Source: a virus. Taken from it: a stretch of 64,000 nucleotides of DNA. How positions within the stretch are numbered: position 1 is the first letter of the stretch; each line of letters starts with the position of its first letter. The notes beneath the pieces are model-generated. The model was given only the letters and a program-made list of their open reading frames with translations, was not told the DNA's origin and searched no databases. The DNA is taken from positions 32,001 through 96,000 of the IMG/VR virus record IMGVR_UViG_3300005573_000054. One strand, 5' to 3'. Made by a program: the position numbers and the translations under genes. Positions 37,876-48,107 of the stretch are shown one piece after another.

Positions 37876-40800
37876 ATGAATGGACTTTTAGATTTGAAAA
37901 CACAAGATATGTATCTTTTTTATGAATGGCTTTCCAATTCAAGAAAAGATTTACCTGATCACTTTTATAAGATTAAGTCAAGAGTCTTTCTTAGCTGGTT
38001 TGCGTTTTTAGTCAACTCGAATCAAATCGGGTTTATCAACGATCTATTTAACCATTGGGATTTGTTGTCAGTTTCTTCGAGAGTAATTCTTGAGTGTTTT
38101 AAGGATCTTGTCTCGAGAGGGATAGTTACTCTTAAACCAAAGAATCAGATTGATAACTTTCTTGTGTGTTTATCGTATTCGTCAGATAAAAGAGTTCAAG
38201 ATGTAATGGATATAATAAAAGAGTTAGATCTTGATAACCAAGAAAAAGATAGAGTCTTAAGAGTGATAAAGGGGTTAAATCCTATTGAACTTCAAATACT
38301 TAAAGAAACAAATTATATTAACACTTTAAAAAGTGAGTTGATCCCTTCGGTAACAAAAGAAAAACAAGGAAACTCTTTTGTAAAGAGTTTCTTAGAGCGT
38401 CTGAATGAAACTAGACTCTACATAGAGTCTGCAAAGACAAAAAGGTCTCAATGTCAAAAAATATGTACGTTAAGACCATCAAGACAGGTAAATTTTGATA
38501 TGGGAGGAGACGAAGAGAAGATCAGAAAAGGTCAAATCGATCTTCTATTTATTGGAGAAGCTCCTGGCGAAGAAGAAGTGAAACAATCTAAACCTTTTGT
38601 AGGTCCTTCGGGAAGATTGCTTAGAGAGTATATCAACACGAAACTAGAGGGATTTTCATGGGTAATTTCAAATTCGTGTCTATGTAGACCTCCAGAAAAT
38701 AGAACACCAACGAGAGTTGAAATTGAGTGTTGTAATGAACTTCTTTTTAATCTGATCGATGTTGTTCGACCTCGAATAGTTGTAGCAGTAGGAGGCACTG
38801 CCTATATAGCACTTCGCAAATTTTTCCACAATCAATTCCCAAAAGATTTGGGAATAACCAAACTACATGGATCTTTTGAGGATTTTGCGACACCTTCAGG
38901 AATAATAAGCAAGTTATTTGTGATTGTACATCCCAGTTTCGTAATTAGAAACAAACCAAAAAATATACACTACTTCGACGAAGGATTTGAAAGACTTAGA
39001 AACCATCTTAACTCATCGAGTAGTCTTCCAACGACTACTTCTCCACAGAGTACTATAAAAGTGTTATATGATGATTCACAATCTTCGTTTCTATTTAAAT
39101 ACCCCGAGAAGTATTATGACGTTGATAAATACTCTATTGTCGACATTCAAACCTTCGAGAAGAAGATCTTGTTCTTGTGGAAAAATATCGAGACGGGAAC
39201 AACTGAGTTTAAAACTATTCCATACCAAAATTACTACTACAGTATAAGTAACACTGCTAAGCCAGTAGTTCATTCAAGTGAAGTGGATAGGAATCATATC
39301 TCTAATGTATGTCTGCTACCGTCAGGAAAGTGGGTTCAAAGTGGTTTGGGAAAGTTTTCGAGACAAGAGACTACAGAGTATGAGAGTGATGTACATGTTA
39401 CTAGTAAGTGTCTCGTGGATTGGAAGTTAGAAATAGAGAGACAGGGAAAAATCCCGAGGTCGAGCCCATTTTCATACTGTATTGTTGATATAGAGGTTTA
39501 TGTTAAAGATGGGAAGTTCCCTAAACCCGAGGAGGCCTTTTACCCTGTTGTTTTATGTTCTATATATTCCAGTTTAGATGGGTCGATGACGGTGTTTTGT
39601 TGGGATGAGTTTAATAGGGAGCTTCCGGAGCAAGATGAAGTTATAATTGAGTTGCAAGGTAAAACTAGTGAGGTACAATATAGTATAAGAAGAGTTGGCT
39701 CGGAAGAAGAGCTTATCAGAGAATCAGTAAAACAAATACTTAAACATGATGTGGTAGCAGCGTGGAATAGTATATTTGACCTTGGGTATCTTTATACGAG
39801 GTCAAATAATCTTAACTTATCTCCAGAAAAACTCTTTACTAAGATCGAAGGTCTCTCTCCTAAAGTGGATTTACCTAAGTATATCTTTGACGTTCCGGGT
39901 CTAGTCTGTATGGATTTGTTGACCTGTTATAAGTTTATAACTCCACATGAGAGGGAAAGTTTTGCGTTGGGATATATTGCGGAAACTGAGCTTGGTGTCT
40001 CGAAACTTGAGAGAGGTTCAAGGTTTAATTTTGTATGGGAGTCAGATATAAGATATAGTATTAAATACAATGTGATGGATGTTGTCTTATGTGAAAAGAT
40101 AAATCAAAAGTTAAACATACTAGAGTTCTTTAACGAGCTTAGATTTTTCTATTGTGTTAATTGGAATAGTGTACAGTCATCAAATAAAGCTCTTGATGGA
40201 TTGATATACTATTTTTGTAAGAAGAATGGTTTTTACGTTAGAAGTAAACCCAAGAAAGATAGGAGAAGAGATCTTATAGGTGGTTTCGTTCATGAACCTG
40301 TACCAGGTCTTCATGTAGTAACTCAATTCGACTTTTCAAGTCTATATCCAAACATCATCATTACAGGAAATATCGATGGAAGTTTATTATCGATGAAGTT
40401 GAAAGATCATGACGATGTACTTAGGTATATAAAATACGTTTCCAGTGATGGTAAGGAAGATTCTGAAGTGAATGTTGTGTTCTTTGATGTTGACAGTCAG
40501 ACTTCATCTGAAAGAAAGTGTTTAACGTCACAAGTAGAGAGTTATCGACAGGAGATGAATGGAACGTTTCTGTTCAATGGAACGTTTTTTGATGGAAGAA
40601 AGAAGTCTGTGTTTAGTATGATTCTTGAAGAGCTTCTTAGCCGAAGGAAACAAGAGAAAAAGCTATTGAAAGAAACTAAAGATAAGCAACATGATCTAAA
40701 ACAAAGAGTGTATAAGGTTGCGGCAAATGCACTGTACGGTTATCTTGGATTCGAGGGGTCGAGATTTATCGATCCTAACTTGGTTGAAGCTGTGACTTTG

Positions 40801-41811
40801 ACGGGTCAGATGTTAAATAAATGCGTTTCATGGTTCACTGAAGAGTATCTTGGCTCATATTTTACGCGATCGTCTCTTAATGAGTTTAGTGTTAGTGAAG
40901 ATATTACTAAAAGTGTAGTTACGTACGTAGTTGAGAACTTCTATGAACCGACGAAACATATACCTAATCGTTCGTATATAGTTTATGGAGATACTGACTC
41001 GATATTTATAAAGTCTCCAAAAGTACTCTTAAACGTCTCCGAAGAGACTCTCGAAGATATAACAAGGCAACTTAGAGATAAGTTCTTCGAGTTCACCTCC
41101 TTAGTTGGAAAGATTTTTATCAAAAATCAAAATCCAAGGTTAGTTCTCGAGTTTGAGTATCTTGGTAAGATGTTTCTTATTAATGCAAAAAAGAGGTATG
41201 TTGTTTATAGTACTTATCCCGAAGTGAAGCTCGATATTAAAGGATTTGATTTAAAGAGAAGTGATTATCCATTTTTCTTTAAGGAAAGTTATAAGAAAGT
41301 TCTGGAAATGCTTCTTATCGAAGGAAAATCTATTAAGGAAATACAAGAGTTTATACTTGTTAAAGATGAGGAGTCTCGAAGTCTTCTCAAAAAGTTCGAT
41401 CCGAGCGTCGGGAAACCAGTTACATGGGTCAGGGAATCATATAGATCTATAACTCCAGGTGTGAGAGGTATGATATTGTTTAATAACCTTTTCCAGAGGG
41501 TTTTTCAGGAAGGTTCAAAAGGAGTATTATTTCCTATACGATTACTTCCTCATTATGTTCCTCAGGAAAAACTTCAGTCATATATCAATGAATTATCTTC
41601 ATTGACTTCAGCAACATTAAATATACAGAAAGAGGTAAATGAGGCTAGGTGGTTGACTGTCCCTTGGGATATTGATAAAGAACTACTTGATCAGATACTT
41701 TCGAAGTTGAATGAGTGGTTTTCTATATCTGTGAGTGAATGGGTACAAACAATGTGGATAGATAAGATGAAAGATATAGGATTGTTGGGTAGAAAGGTAG
41801 TTCAGATTTAA
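37876..41811 (+). CDS. Family B DNA polymerase fused to an N-terminal family-4 uracil-DNA glycosylase domain
   Basis: UDG: GEAPG..E....PFVGPSG, CRPPENRTP, HPS. Exonuclease: DIE, NSIFD. Polymerase: DFSSLYP, KVAANALYG, YGDTDS, KKRY. Confidence 0.93.
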   Translation: MNGLLDLKTQDMYLFYEWLSNSRKDLPDHFYKIKSRVFLSWFAFLVNSNQIGFINDLFNHWDLLSVSSRVILECFKDLVSRGIVTLKPKNQIDNFLVCLSYSSDKRVQDVMDIIKELDLDNQEKDRVLRVIKGLNPIELQILKETNYINTLKSELIPSVTKEKQGNSFVKSFLERLNETRLYIESAKTKRSQCQKICTLRPSRQVNFDMGGDEEKIRKGQIDLLFIGEAPGEEEVKQSKPFVGPSGRLLREYINTKLEGFSWVISNSCLCRPPENRTPTRVEIECCNELLFNLIDVVRPRIVVAVGGTAYIALRKFFHNQFPKDLGITKLHGSFEDFATPSGIISKLFVIVHPSFVIRNKPKNIHYFDEGFERLRNHLNSSSSLPTTTSPQSTIKVLYDDSQSSFLFKYPEKYYDVDKYSIVDIQTFEKKILFLWKNIETGTTEFKTIPYQNYYYSISNTAKPVVHSSEVDRNHISNVCLLPSGKWVQSGLGKFSRQETTEYESDVHVTSKCLVDWKLEIERQGKIPRSSPFSYCIVDIEVYVKDGKFPKPEEAFYPVVLCSIYSSLDGSMTVFCWDEFNRELPEQDEVIIELQGKTSEVQYSIRRVGSEEELIRESVKQILKHDVVAAWNSIFDLGYLYTRSNNLNLSPEKLFTKIEGLSPKVDLPKYIFDVPGLVCMDLLTCYKFITPHERESFALGYIAETELGVSKLERGSRFNFVWESDIRYSIKYNVMDVVLCEKINQKLNILEFFNELRFFYCVNWNSVQSSNKALDGLIYYFCKKNGFYVRSKPKKDRRRDLIGGFVHEPVPGLHVVTQFDFSSLYPNIIITGNIDGSLLSMKLKDHDDVLRYIKYVSSDGKEDSEVNVVFFDVDSQTSSERKCLTSQVESYRQEMNGTFLFNGTFFDGRKKSVFSMILEELLSRRKQEKKLLKETKDKQHDLKQRVYKVAANALYGYLGFEGSRFIDPNLVEAVTLTGQMLNKCVSWFTEEYLGSYFTRSSLNEFSVSEDITKSVVTYVVENFYEPTKHIPNRSYIVYGDTDSIFIKSPKVLLNVSEETLEDITRQLRDKFFEFTSLVGKIFIKNQNPRLVLEFEYLGKMFLINAKKRYVVYSTYPEVKLDIKGFDLKRSDYPFFFKESYKKVLEMLLIEGKSIKEIQEFILVKDEESRSLLKKFDPSVGKPVTWVRESYRSITPGVRGMILFNNLFQRVFQEGSKGVLFPIRLLPHYVPQEKLQSYINELSSLTSATLNIQKEVNEARWLTVPWDIDKELLDQILSKLNEWFSISVSEWVQTMWIDKMKDIGLLGRKVVQI

Positions 41812-42359
41812 TGAAGACGTTTAGGCAGAAGGGGATTAATTTCGAAATAGAAATAGCGAAAACTCTTTCCAGGTGGATTGGTGATTCTAAACGGAAATAT
41901 TGTCTCTGGAGAAGTTTAGGATCAGGAAGTCTTGCTACAAGAGCTCAAAATTTTGAGTTTGTTGAACAGAGTGGAGATATCTGTGCTTTAAGTGAAAAAG
42001 GGAGGGAGTTTACTTCAAGGATCTATGTGGAGTGTAAAAGGTGGAAGACCCTCGATAGTCCTTTCGAAATTATCGATAAGAATAAGTCGCTTAAATTTAT
42101 AGATGTGATACAGGGTGCTATCGAGAATATCGGAGATCAGAGGAAAATTCCCTGGGTTATTATTAAGAGAGATTATTCCTCTTCTACCCTTCTTTTTACT
42201 CTTTGTCGTTACATAAACAGATTTTATTTATCCGCTTCTTTGAAAATCCAAATATCTCAATATGAGATCTGTGTAGTATCACTAGAGGAATTAATAAACA
42301 AGATTACATGGGAATCATACAAGAAATTTCTAGATGAAATGTTTCAAGACTGTATGTAG
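41811..42359 (+). CDS. Holliday junction resolvase (PD-(D/E)xK)
   Basis: KG..FE..IAK.LS.W, GDI, VECK. Confidence 0.8.
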   Translation: MKTFRQKGINFEIEIAKTLSRWIGDSKRKYCLWRSLGSGSLATRAQNFEFVEQSGDICALSEKGREFTSRIYVECKRWKTLDSPFEIIDKNKSLKFIDVIQGAIENIGDQRKIPWVIIKRDYSSSTLLFTLCRYINRFYLSASLKIQISQYEICVVSLEELINKITWESYKKFLDEMFQDCM

Positions 42360-42394
42360 ACATTAGACAAAAATTACCTAAAAGGAGATAGAAC

Positions 42395-43843
42395 ATGGAT
42401 CGATTGCTAAGTTCATCAGGAGAATCTTTTTGCCTTTTTATCCCTGGATTCGTGGGGAACATAACAAAGTGGCTGGAAGAAGCACAAAGAGATCATGGAG
42501 AAGCTTTGAAACGGGCTTTTAAAGAGTATACACCAATATTGATCGTTAGTTACGGTAACCTAATACCTCTTAATAATAAAACGATAAAGAAGCAAGATGA
42601 AAAGACTCGGTATAAAAACATCTTGTCTTACGCTTTTGAGAAGTGGAAGGATGAAACGGAATCCTTGGAAGGGATTTGTCAAATAATGTTAGATTCGGGA
42701 GGATTTCAGATCGTTGTTGGACGTATTTCGAAGGATGAAGTTCCGTTGCTCATGGAGACGTATTATAGTTTCGTGAAGACTCTAAATGAGACAGAGTCAC
42801 ATAAACTTCATAGCTTCTTCTTCCTTGATGTTCAGTTGTATAATTCGTTTGGAGTATGTATGGAACGTGAAATGGTTAAGTTTAATCTTGAGTCTGTTGA
42901 AAGGTTATTCTCTCTTGGCTTGAATAAAGATGAAGATCTTTGGAAGAAATTAATTTTTATTGTTCATCCAACGTCAACTGTAAAGTTTAAGATCTGGGAG
43001 AGAGTCGTGGATAAACTCTTTGAAAAATGTCAAACTCTTGAGGCTCTTCCCAGAAGGTATGCCGTAGGTGGTATCGCTGTTAATCCCTCAAGACAAAAAG
43101 AGTCAGTTGTGTTGTTTTGGGTGTATGGGTTGATTTATCTTTTGTGGTCGTTTCTTAAACGTGGAGTTCCTCTGGAATTCTTTTCAGGAGTTCATTTTCA
43201 TGTGTTGGGGCTTCTTAGTCTTCATTTTATAGTGGGTGTTAATATGGTTGCATATTATTTGCAACGTAAATATGGAGTGGTTCTTAATTTTAGTTTTGAT
43301 GGGACTGCCGCTGTGAGTAAAGTCTTTAGAGCGAGACGTATGGGTTTCGTTGATCCTAAGACGTTGTGTTATAAAGAGATTTCGCTTAAGTCAAAAGATT
43401 TAGGAAACCCGGTTCAAGTGGGAAGTAGTTTGACGTCTGAAACTTATTTTTATAAGATAATAAATGAGTTGTGGGAAAGCGTTGGATATGTGCCTTCGAA
43501 AGAGTATACCACAGTTTATAATAACAAGACAGAGACGTTTCACAAAGAAGTGATACCTTGGGTGTTTTTCCTTGATCCATACTTTCATCAAACATATTTT
43601 AAGAGATTCTTTGATGTGGCTAGAGAGGTAGTCGATCGTTATATTGAATCGGGTAACACCTCTAGAATTTGGGAAATCGTTAATTCAGTCTGTAGTGAGA
43701 GTTCACTCGATCATAAAAAACTCATATTTAGGCAGTTGAGTACTGTCTTCAAGATTATTGATGAAGTTATTGAAAATCCTAAAAACTACGATTTTGAGAC
43801 AAACATGTTGATGAAGTTTTATGGTATTTCAGAGGCAGAATGA
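42395..43843 (+). CDS. TGT-fold guanine transglycosylase, probably DNA-acting (DpdA-like)
   Basis: MLDSGGFQ, FLD, AVGG, FHVLG, SFDGT motifs; folE and queC are in the same genome. Confidence 0.75.
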   Translation: MDRLLSSSGESFCLFIPGFVGNITKWLEEAQRDHGEALKRAFKEYTPILIVSYGNLIPLNNKTIKKQDEKTRYKNILSYAFEKWKDETESLEGICQIMLDSGGFQIVVGRISKDEVPLLMETYYSFVKTLNETESHKLHSFFFLDVQLYNSFGVCMEREMVKFNLESVERLFSLGLNKDEDLWKKLIFIVHPTSTVKFKIWERVVDKLFEKCQTLEALPRRYAVGGIAVNPSRQKESVVLFWVYGLIYLLWSFLKRGVPLEFFSGVHFHVLGLLSLHFIVGVNMVAYYLQRKYGVVLNFSFDGTAAVSKVFRARRMGFVDPKTLCYKEISLKSKDLGNPVQVGSSLTSETYFYKIINELWESVGYVPSKEYTTVYNNKTETFHKEVIPWVFFLDPYFHQTYFKRFFDVAREVVDRYIESGNTSRIWEIVNSVCSESSLDHKKLIFRQLSTVFKIIDEVIENPKNYDFETNMLMKFYGISEAE

Positions 43844-43858
43844 AAAAAGGAGGTTTTC

Positions 43859-45535
43859 ATGCTTACCTGTAAGGAGATACTCAAAGTACTTCTTTCCGAT
43901 CTTCCTCAAGATGAGAATCCCGATAAACGAGTGTATTATATTTATCTACAGAAACTTTTAGCGAAGTTACTTCTGGTTGATGGAAGTCGATATATCAACA
44001 AGAACTCTTCCAATACAAATAAAGATCTCCAATCAAGTACAGAAAAACAAATATTTTCAGAAGTCTTTGCAGAACTTCAAGAATCCGATCAACATTATTT
44101 AAATAAATTAAAGCAAGTTTGTATAGAACATCTTGAGAGACCAGAACTATCGGGTCGAGAGATCTACGAAGTGAAAGTTGCATTATACGAAGATGTTGAG
44201 AGCTACTCCGAGTTGGTAGATGACCATGTTCCTATCTCTCAGATCGAGCTCTATATAGACACGTTACATAAGTATTTTGCTGTACTGGATATCAAGGGGT
44301 CTCTTAATAATTTATTTAAAGATTTAACAAGCTTCCTCTATGAGAAGACTCTACTCGAGCAAAGCGTAGAAATATCTAAATTCCTTCAAAATTTAGGTAA
44401 CGTTTTTCTCAAGAGTACAGAGAGGCTAACCAGTGAGTCTTATCTTGGTCTGAAGAATCAAGAAGTGTGTGAGTTATCGTTTACATCTGACGAAATTAGG
44501 AAATCTCTTATTGCTCTTTCTGATCTAGTCTCTAGAAAACAAAAGAAAGTATCGTCAGGATATTCGTCTCTTGATAATGTTCTTCAGGGTGGTTTCGAGA
44601 GTAGTAGAGTGTATGTCTTTTGCGGTAAACCAGGTCATGGAAAATCGTCACTCCTTCTTAATCTTGCGCTGAATGCTTCAAGATTCTTATCAAAAGATCA
44701 ATTCGTCGTGTATATTACTTTGGAGAATGATGTCCTTGAGACTACCGAAAGACTTCTTAAGATTCATTTATACGATGATCGTTCAAGAAAGGATGTTAAA
44801 CTAACTATGAATCAATTCTCTCAAGGAATAGGCAGTTTAACTTCTACTCAAGTAGAGTCGATCGTTCTAAAGTATCTATCCGACCTCAATATAATAATTA
44901 AATATTTCCCTCCAAAAACTGGGGTAATGAATATTTTCTCTTGGTTAAATACTGTGGATGTTCTGAAGAAGGTCTCATTTATTGTTATTGATTATTTATC
45001 ACTGATGAAGTCGACAAGAAGTTTCCAGGAGATGAGGTTCGAACTCGGTCAACTTGTTCTCGATTTGAAAGAAGTTTCAAGAAAGTTTAATGTTCCTGTA
45101 GTGACTGCCGCTCAAGTTAACACTCAAGGGTACGAAGGAATTCCTGATATGAGAAACGTTGATGAATCACGTCAGATCGTACAACACTCTGATTTCATCG
45201 CACTCCTTTACGATCCAAACGTGGATTCGTTAGCAACTACAGGTTCTTTAAGTACTCTGATGCCTTTTAAACACTCGGTTATTGGTATTAACGTTGATAA
45301 GAATAGAACGGGACCAAGAGGAAGACTGATGTTCTACTTTCTTTATGAGTGGTTTAAGTTTGTAGAATTTAATGATGTTGAGATTACAGTGTCGGACTCT
45401 GATGTCTCTTCTCGAGAAACTTCTTTTGATGAGATTCTTGAGGAGTTGACATCCCGTCAACTTTCTAAACAAGTAAATTTTGATGATAAGAAAGAAGACA
45501 ACTACCTACTTGATGATACTTCAAGTTTTCTCTAA
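43859..45535 (+). CDS. DnaB-like (SF4) replicative helicase
   Basis: GKPGHGKS, YITLE, IVIDY, VTAAQVN, ES..I, KNRTG. Confidence 0.93.
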   Translation: MLTCKEILKVLLSDLPQDENPDKRVYYIYLQKLLAKLLLVDGSRYINKNSSNTNKDLQSSTEKQIFSEVFAELQESDQHYLNKLKQVCIEHLERPELSGREIYEVKVALYEDVESYSELVDDHVPISQIELYIDTLHKYFAVLDIKGSLNNLFKDLTSFLYEKTLLEQSVEISKFLQNLGNVFLKSTERLTSESYLGLKNQEVCELSFTSDEIRKSLIALSDLVSRKQKKVSSGYSSLDNVLQGGFESSRVYVFCGKPGHGKSSLLLNLALNASRFLSKDQFVVYITLENDVLETTERLLKIHLYDDRSRKDVKLTMNQFSQGIGSLTSTQVESIVLKYLSDLNIIIKYFPPKTGVMNIFSWLNTVDVLKKVSFIVIDYLSLMKSTRSFQEMRFELGQLVLDLKEVSRKFNVPVVTAAQVNTQGYEGIPDMRNVDESRQIVQHSDFIALLYDPNVDSLATTGSLSTLMPFKHSVIGINVDKNRTGPRGRLMFYFLYEWFKFVEFNDVEITVSDSDVSSRETSFDEILEELTSRQLSKQVNFDDKKEDNYLLDDTSSFL

Positions 45536-45608
45536 ATCATGGAAAAACATCCTGATACTATCAGAGAATAAACACGATCTTTGAATTCTATGTAAGGAGG
45601 AACGTTGT

Positions 45609-47573
45609 ATGGCTGAAGAATATCAAGTACCCGTAATAGGTGATTCAATAGTGAATAAGCCTCTGAGTTCTCCAAGAATTCAGACTTATTCAGCTATTGA
45701 TAAGGCTTTTGAGAAACTGCAGAGTTTGATGGCTGAGGAGAACAAGTCTGCTATTTCTGAAGAGGCAGTAACTCCTTGGACAGGAACAGGGCCTCTAGAA
45801 AATGCAGAAGAGATGTTTCAAACTGATTTAGACTCTGATAATGAAGAGGGTGAAGACGAAGAGCATGTTGAGCAAGTTCAAGGTCTTCTAGAGGCAAAAC
45901 GTGGAAGGAAGAAGGGTCGTAGAAGTAGGAAGAAGAAGCTCTTTGAGGAAGACGACTATGACTATCTTCTAGAAGCAGATGACGAAGATATCGAAGACGT
46001 CGAAGACACTGACGAAGAGGCTGAAGAAGAACCTGAAGAGGAATCCGAGGAAGATTGGTATGATCTTCTAGAGGCAAAACGCGGAAGGAAGAAGGGTCGT
46101 AGGAGTAGGAAGAAGAAGCTCTTTGAGGAAGATGATTACGATATCGATGATCTTCTAGAAGCAGATATGGAAGACGTTGAAGACGATGAGGAGCTTGAGG
46201 AAGATTGGTATGATCTTCTAGAGGCAAGGCGTAGAAGGAAGAAAGGTCGTAGGAAGAAGAAGCTCTTTGAGGAAGACGACTATGATTACCTCCTGGAAGC
46301 GGACGATGAAGACATTGAAGACGATGAGGACGAGGAAGAGCCTGAAGAGGAATCCGAGGGAGATTGGTATGATCTTCTAGAGGCAAAACGTGGAAGGAAG
46401 AAAGGTCGCAAGAGCAGGAAGAAGAAGCTCTTTGAGGAAGACGACTATGATTACCTCCTGGAAGCGGACGATGAAGACATCGAAGATGATGAGGAAGAGC
46501 CCGAAGAGGAACCTGAAGAGGAATCCGAGGAAGATTGGTATGATCTTCTAGAGGCAAAACGTGGAAGGAAGAAGGGTCGTAGGAAGAAGAGACTCTTCGA
46601 GGAAGACGACTATGACTATCTTCTAGAGGCCGATGATGAAGACATCGAAGATGATGAGGATGAGGAAGAGCCTGAAGAGGAATCCGAGGAAGACTGGTAT
46701 GATCTTCTAGAAGCAAGGCGTGGAAGAAAGAAGGGCCGTAAGAGCAGGAAGAAGAAGCTCTTTGAGGAAGACGACTATGATTACCTCCTGGAAGCGGACG
46801 ATGAAGACATCGAAGATGATGAGGAAGAGCCCGAAGAGGAATCCGAGGAGGATTGGTATGATCTTCTAGAGGCAAGACGTGGAAGAAAGAAGGGTCGTAA
46901 GAGCAGGAAGAAGAGACTCTTCGAGGAAGATGACTATGATGTTGATGATCTTCTAGAGAGTGAAGTTGATGACCTTTTAGAGGAAGACTTTTTAAAAAAA
47001 AGTTTAGATGATTCAGGAGAATATTCTCTCGAGTCTATTGAACTTTTAGCAGAAGCTATAAAGAAGAAGTCGAAGTCTTCAAGAGGGAAAAGGAAAAAAA
47101 GAGCGTTGAAAAAGCTGATGGAAGCTCTGTGGATCCTTGAAGGAGACACCGAAGAAATTGACGATGAAGATCTAAAAGTTGATGAAGAAGGCATGGATCT
47201 TGACGAATGTGAGTTGTCTGGTAAAAACAAATACGAACTTCTTGACGAAGAGGACTTTGACGAGGGAGATTTAGAAGATTACGACTACGAAGATCTTCTC
47301 GAAGAGATTGAACTGGAAGAAGCTAAAAGAAAGAAGTCTTCGAAAAGTAAAAAGAAAGCGAAGGCTAAGAAAGTATTAGAAGAGCTTGAGACTCTACTAG
47401 AAGAAGATAAGGAAGAAGATGAAGAAAAAGACGAAGATCTCAATGAAGACCTCGATCTCGGTAATACAGACCTCGAGGAACCTGAGGAGAGAGTGATGAA
47501 GCATAACGAGAAGAAGGCTTCATTGTTCGAAGAATCTCTAGTAGAGTCTATACTCAAGGACCTGGATATCTAA
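45609..47573 (+). CDS. Alternating acidic/basic repeat protein, probable prohead core or internal head protein
   Basis: Seven tandem units WYDLLE-AKRGRKKGR..KKKLFE-EDDYDYLLE-ADDED...; recurrent LxE motifs. Confidence 0.55.
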   Translation: MAEEYQVPVIGDSIVNKPLSSPRIQTYSAIDKAFEKLQSLMAEENKSAISEEAVTPWTGTGPLENAEEMFQTDLDSDNEEGEDEEHVEQVQGLLEAKRGRKKGRRSRKKKLFEEDDYDYLLEADDEDIEDVEDTDEEAEEEPEEESEEDWYDLLEAKRGRKKGRRSRKKKLFEEDDYDIDDLLEADMEDVEDDEELEEDWYDLLEARRRRKKGRRKKKLFEEDDYDYLLEADDEDIEDDEDEEEPEEESEGDWYDLLEAKRGRKKGRKSRKKKLFEEDDYDYLLEADDEDIEDDEEEPEEEPEEESEEDWYDLLEAKRGRKKGRRKKRLFEEDDYDYLLEADDEDIEDDEDEEEPEEESEEDWYDLLEARRGRKKGRKSRKKKLFEEDDYDYLLEADDEDIEDDEEEPEEESEEDWYDLLEARRGRKKGRKSRKKRLFEEDDYDVDDLLESEVDDLLEEDFLKKSLDDSGEYSLESIELLAEAIKKKSKSSRGKRKKRALKKLMEALWILEGDTEEIDDEDLKVDEEGMDLDECELSGKNKYELLDEEDFDEGDLEDYDYEDLLEEIELEEAKRKKSSKSKKKAKAKKVLEELETLLEEDKEEDEEKDEDLNEDLDLGNTDLEEPEERVMKHNEKKASLFEESLVESILKDLDI

Positions 47574-47601
47574 AGGTCCTTTACAATTAAATAAGTATCA
47601 T

Positions 47602-47633
47602 TGAAGAAGCCACTTTCAAAGGTGGCTTCTTCA
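47602..47633 (+). terminator. Terminator-like hairpin
   Basis: TGAAGAAGCCACTT-TCAA-AGGTGGCTTCTTCA downstream of the stop at 47573. Confidence 0.6.
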
Positions 47634-47672
47634 TCACTCTTTCCAATTTTCATTAAACATGGGAGGAATAAG

Positions 47673-48107
47673 ATGGCACTTTACAGTATTATAAAAATAA
47701 CAGGGCCTGGTACAGGGACACTGTGGGAAGGCTATTTTAGATATTTCCCGTTTATCGTAAGGTGTATGACTAAACAAGATCATGATATGATGATAGGAAG
47801 ACTTTCAGCAAAATTTCTTCGTTACGAAATCATTTCAGAACAGCAACCTAAAGAAGAAAAGATAGAAGTTGAAGAAAATCTTGAGGAGAACGTTGTCAAC
47901 GTGTCAATCCACGATAGTGCTCTTCCTATCCAAGATTCTACATCGGGAAAGAGACGGGGAAGAAGAAGAGTAGAAGTCACCACTCCCTCCAACGAAATCA
48001 AGATGGAGGAAGGGTCTGATAAAACTTTAACTCAGACGGAGAATAATAGTGAGTATCAAGATCTTGTTGGACCTTCAACTGATATCAAGACTGATACAAA
48101 CGCCTAA
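47673..48107 (+). CDS. Hypothetical protein
   Basis: GGGAGG RBS before ATG 47673. Confidence 0.75.
   Translation: MALYSIIKITGPGTGTLWEGYFRYFPFIVRCMTKQDHDMMIGRLSAKFLRYEIISEQQPKEEKIEVEENLEENVVNVSIHDSALPIQDSTSGKRRGRRRVEVTTPSNEIKMEEGSDKTLTQTENNSEYQDLVGPSTDIKTDTNA

Noticed and set aside
45751-47557. Long minus-strand ORFs (374, 98 and 90 aa)
   Set aside because: Antisense shadows of the charged-repeat gene
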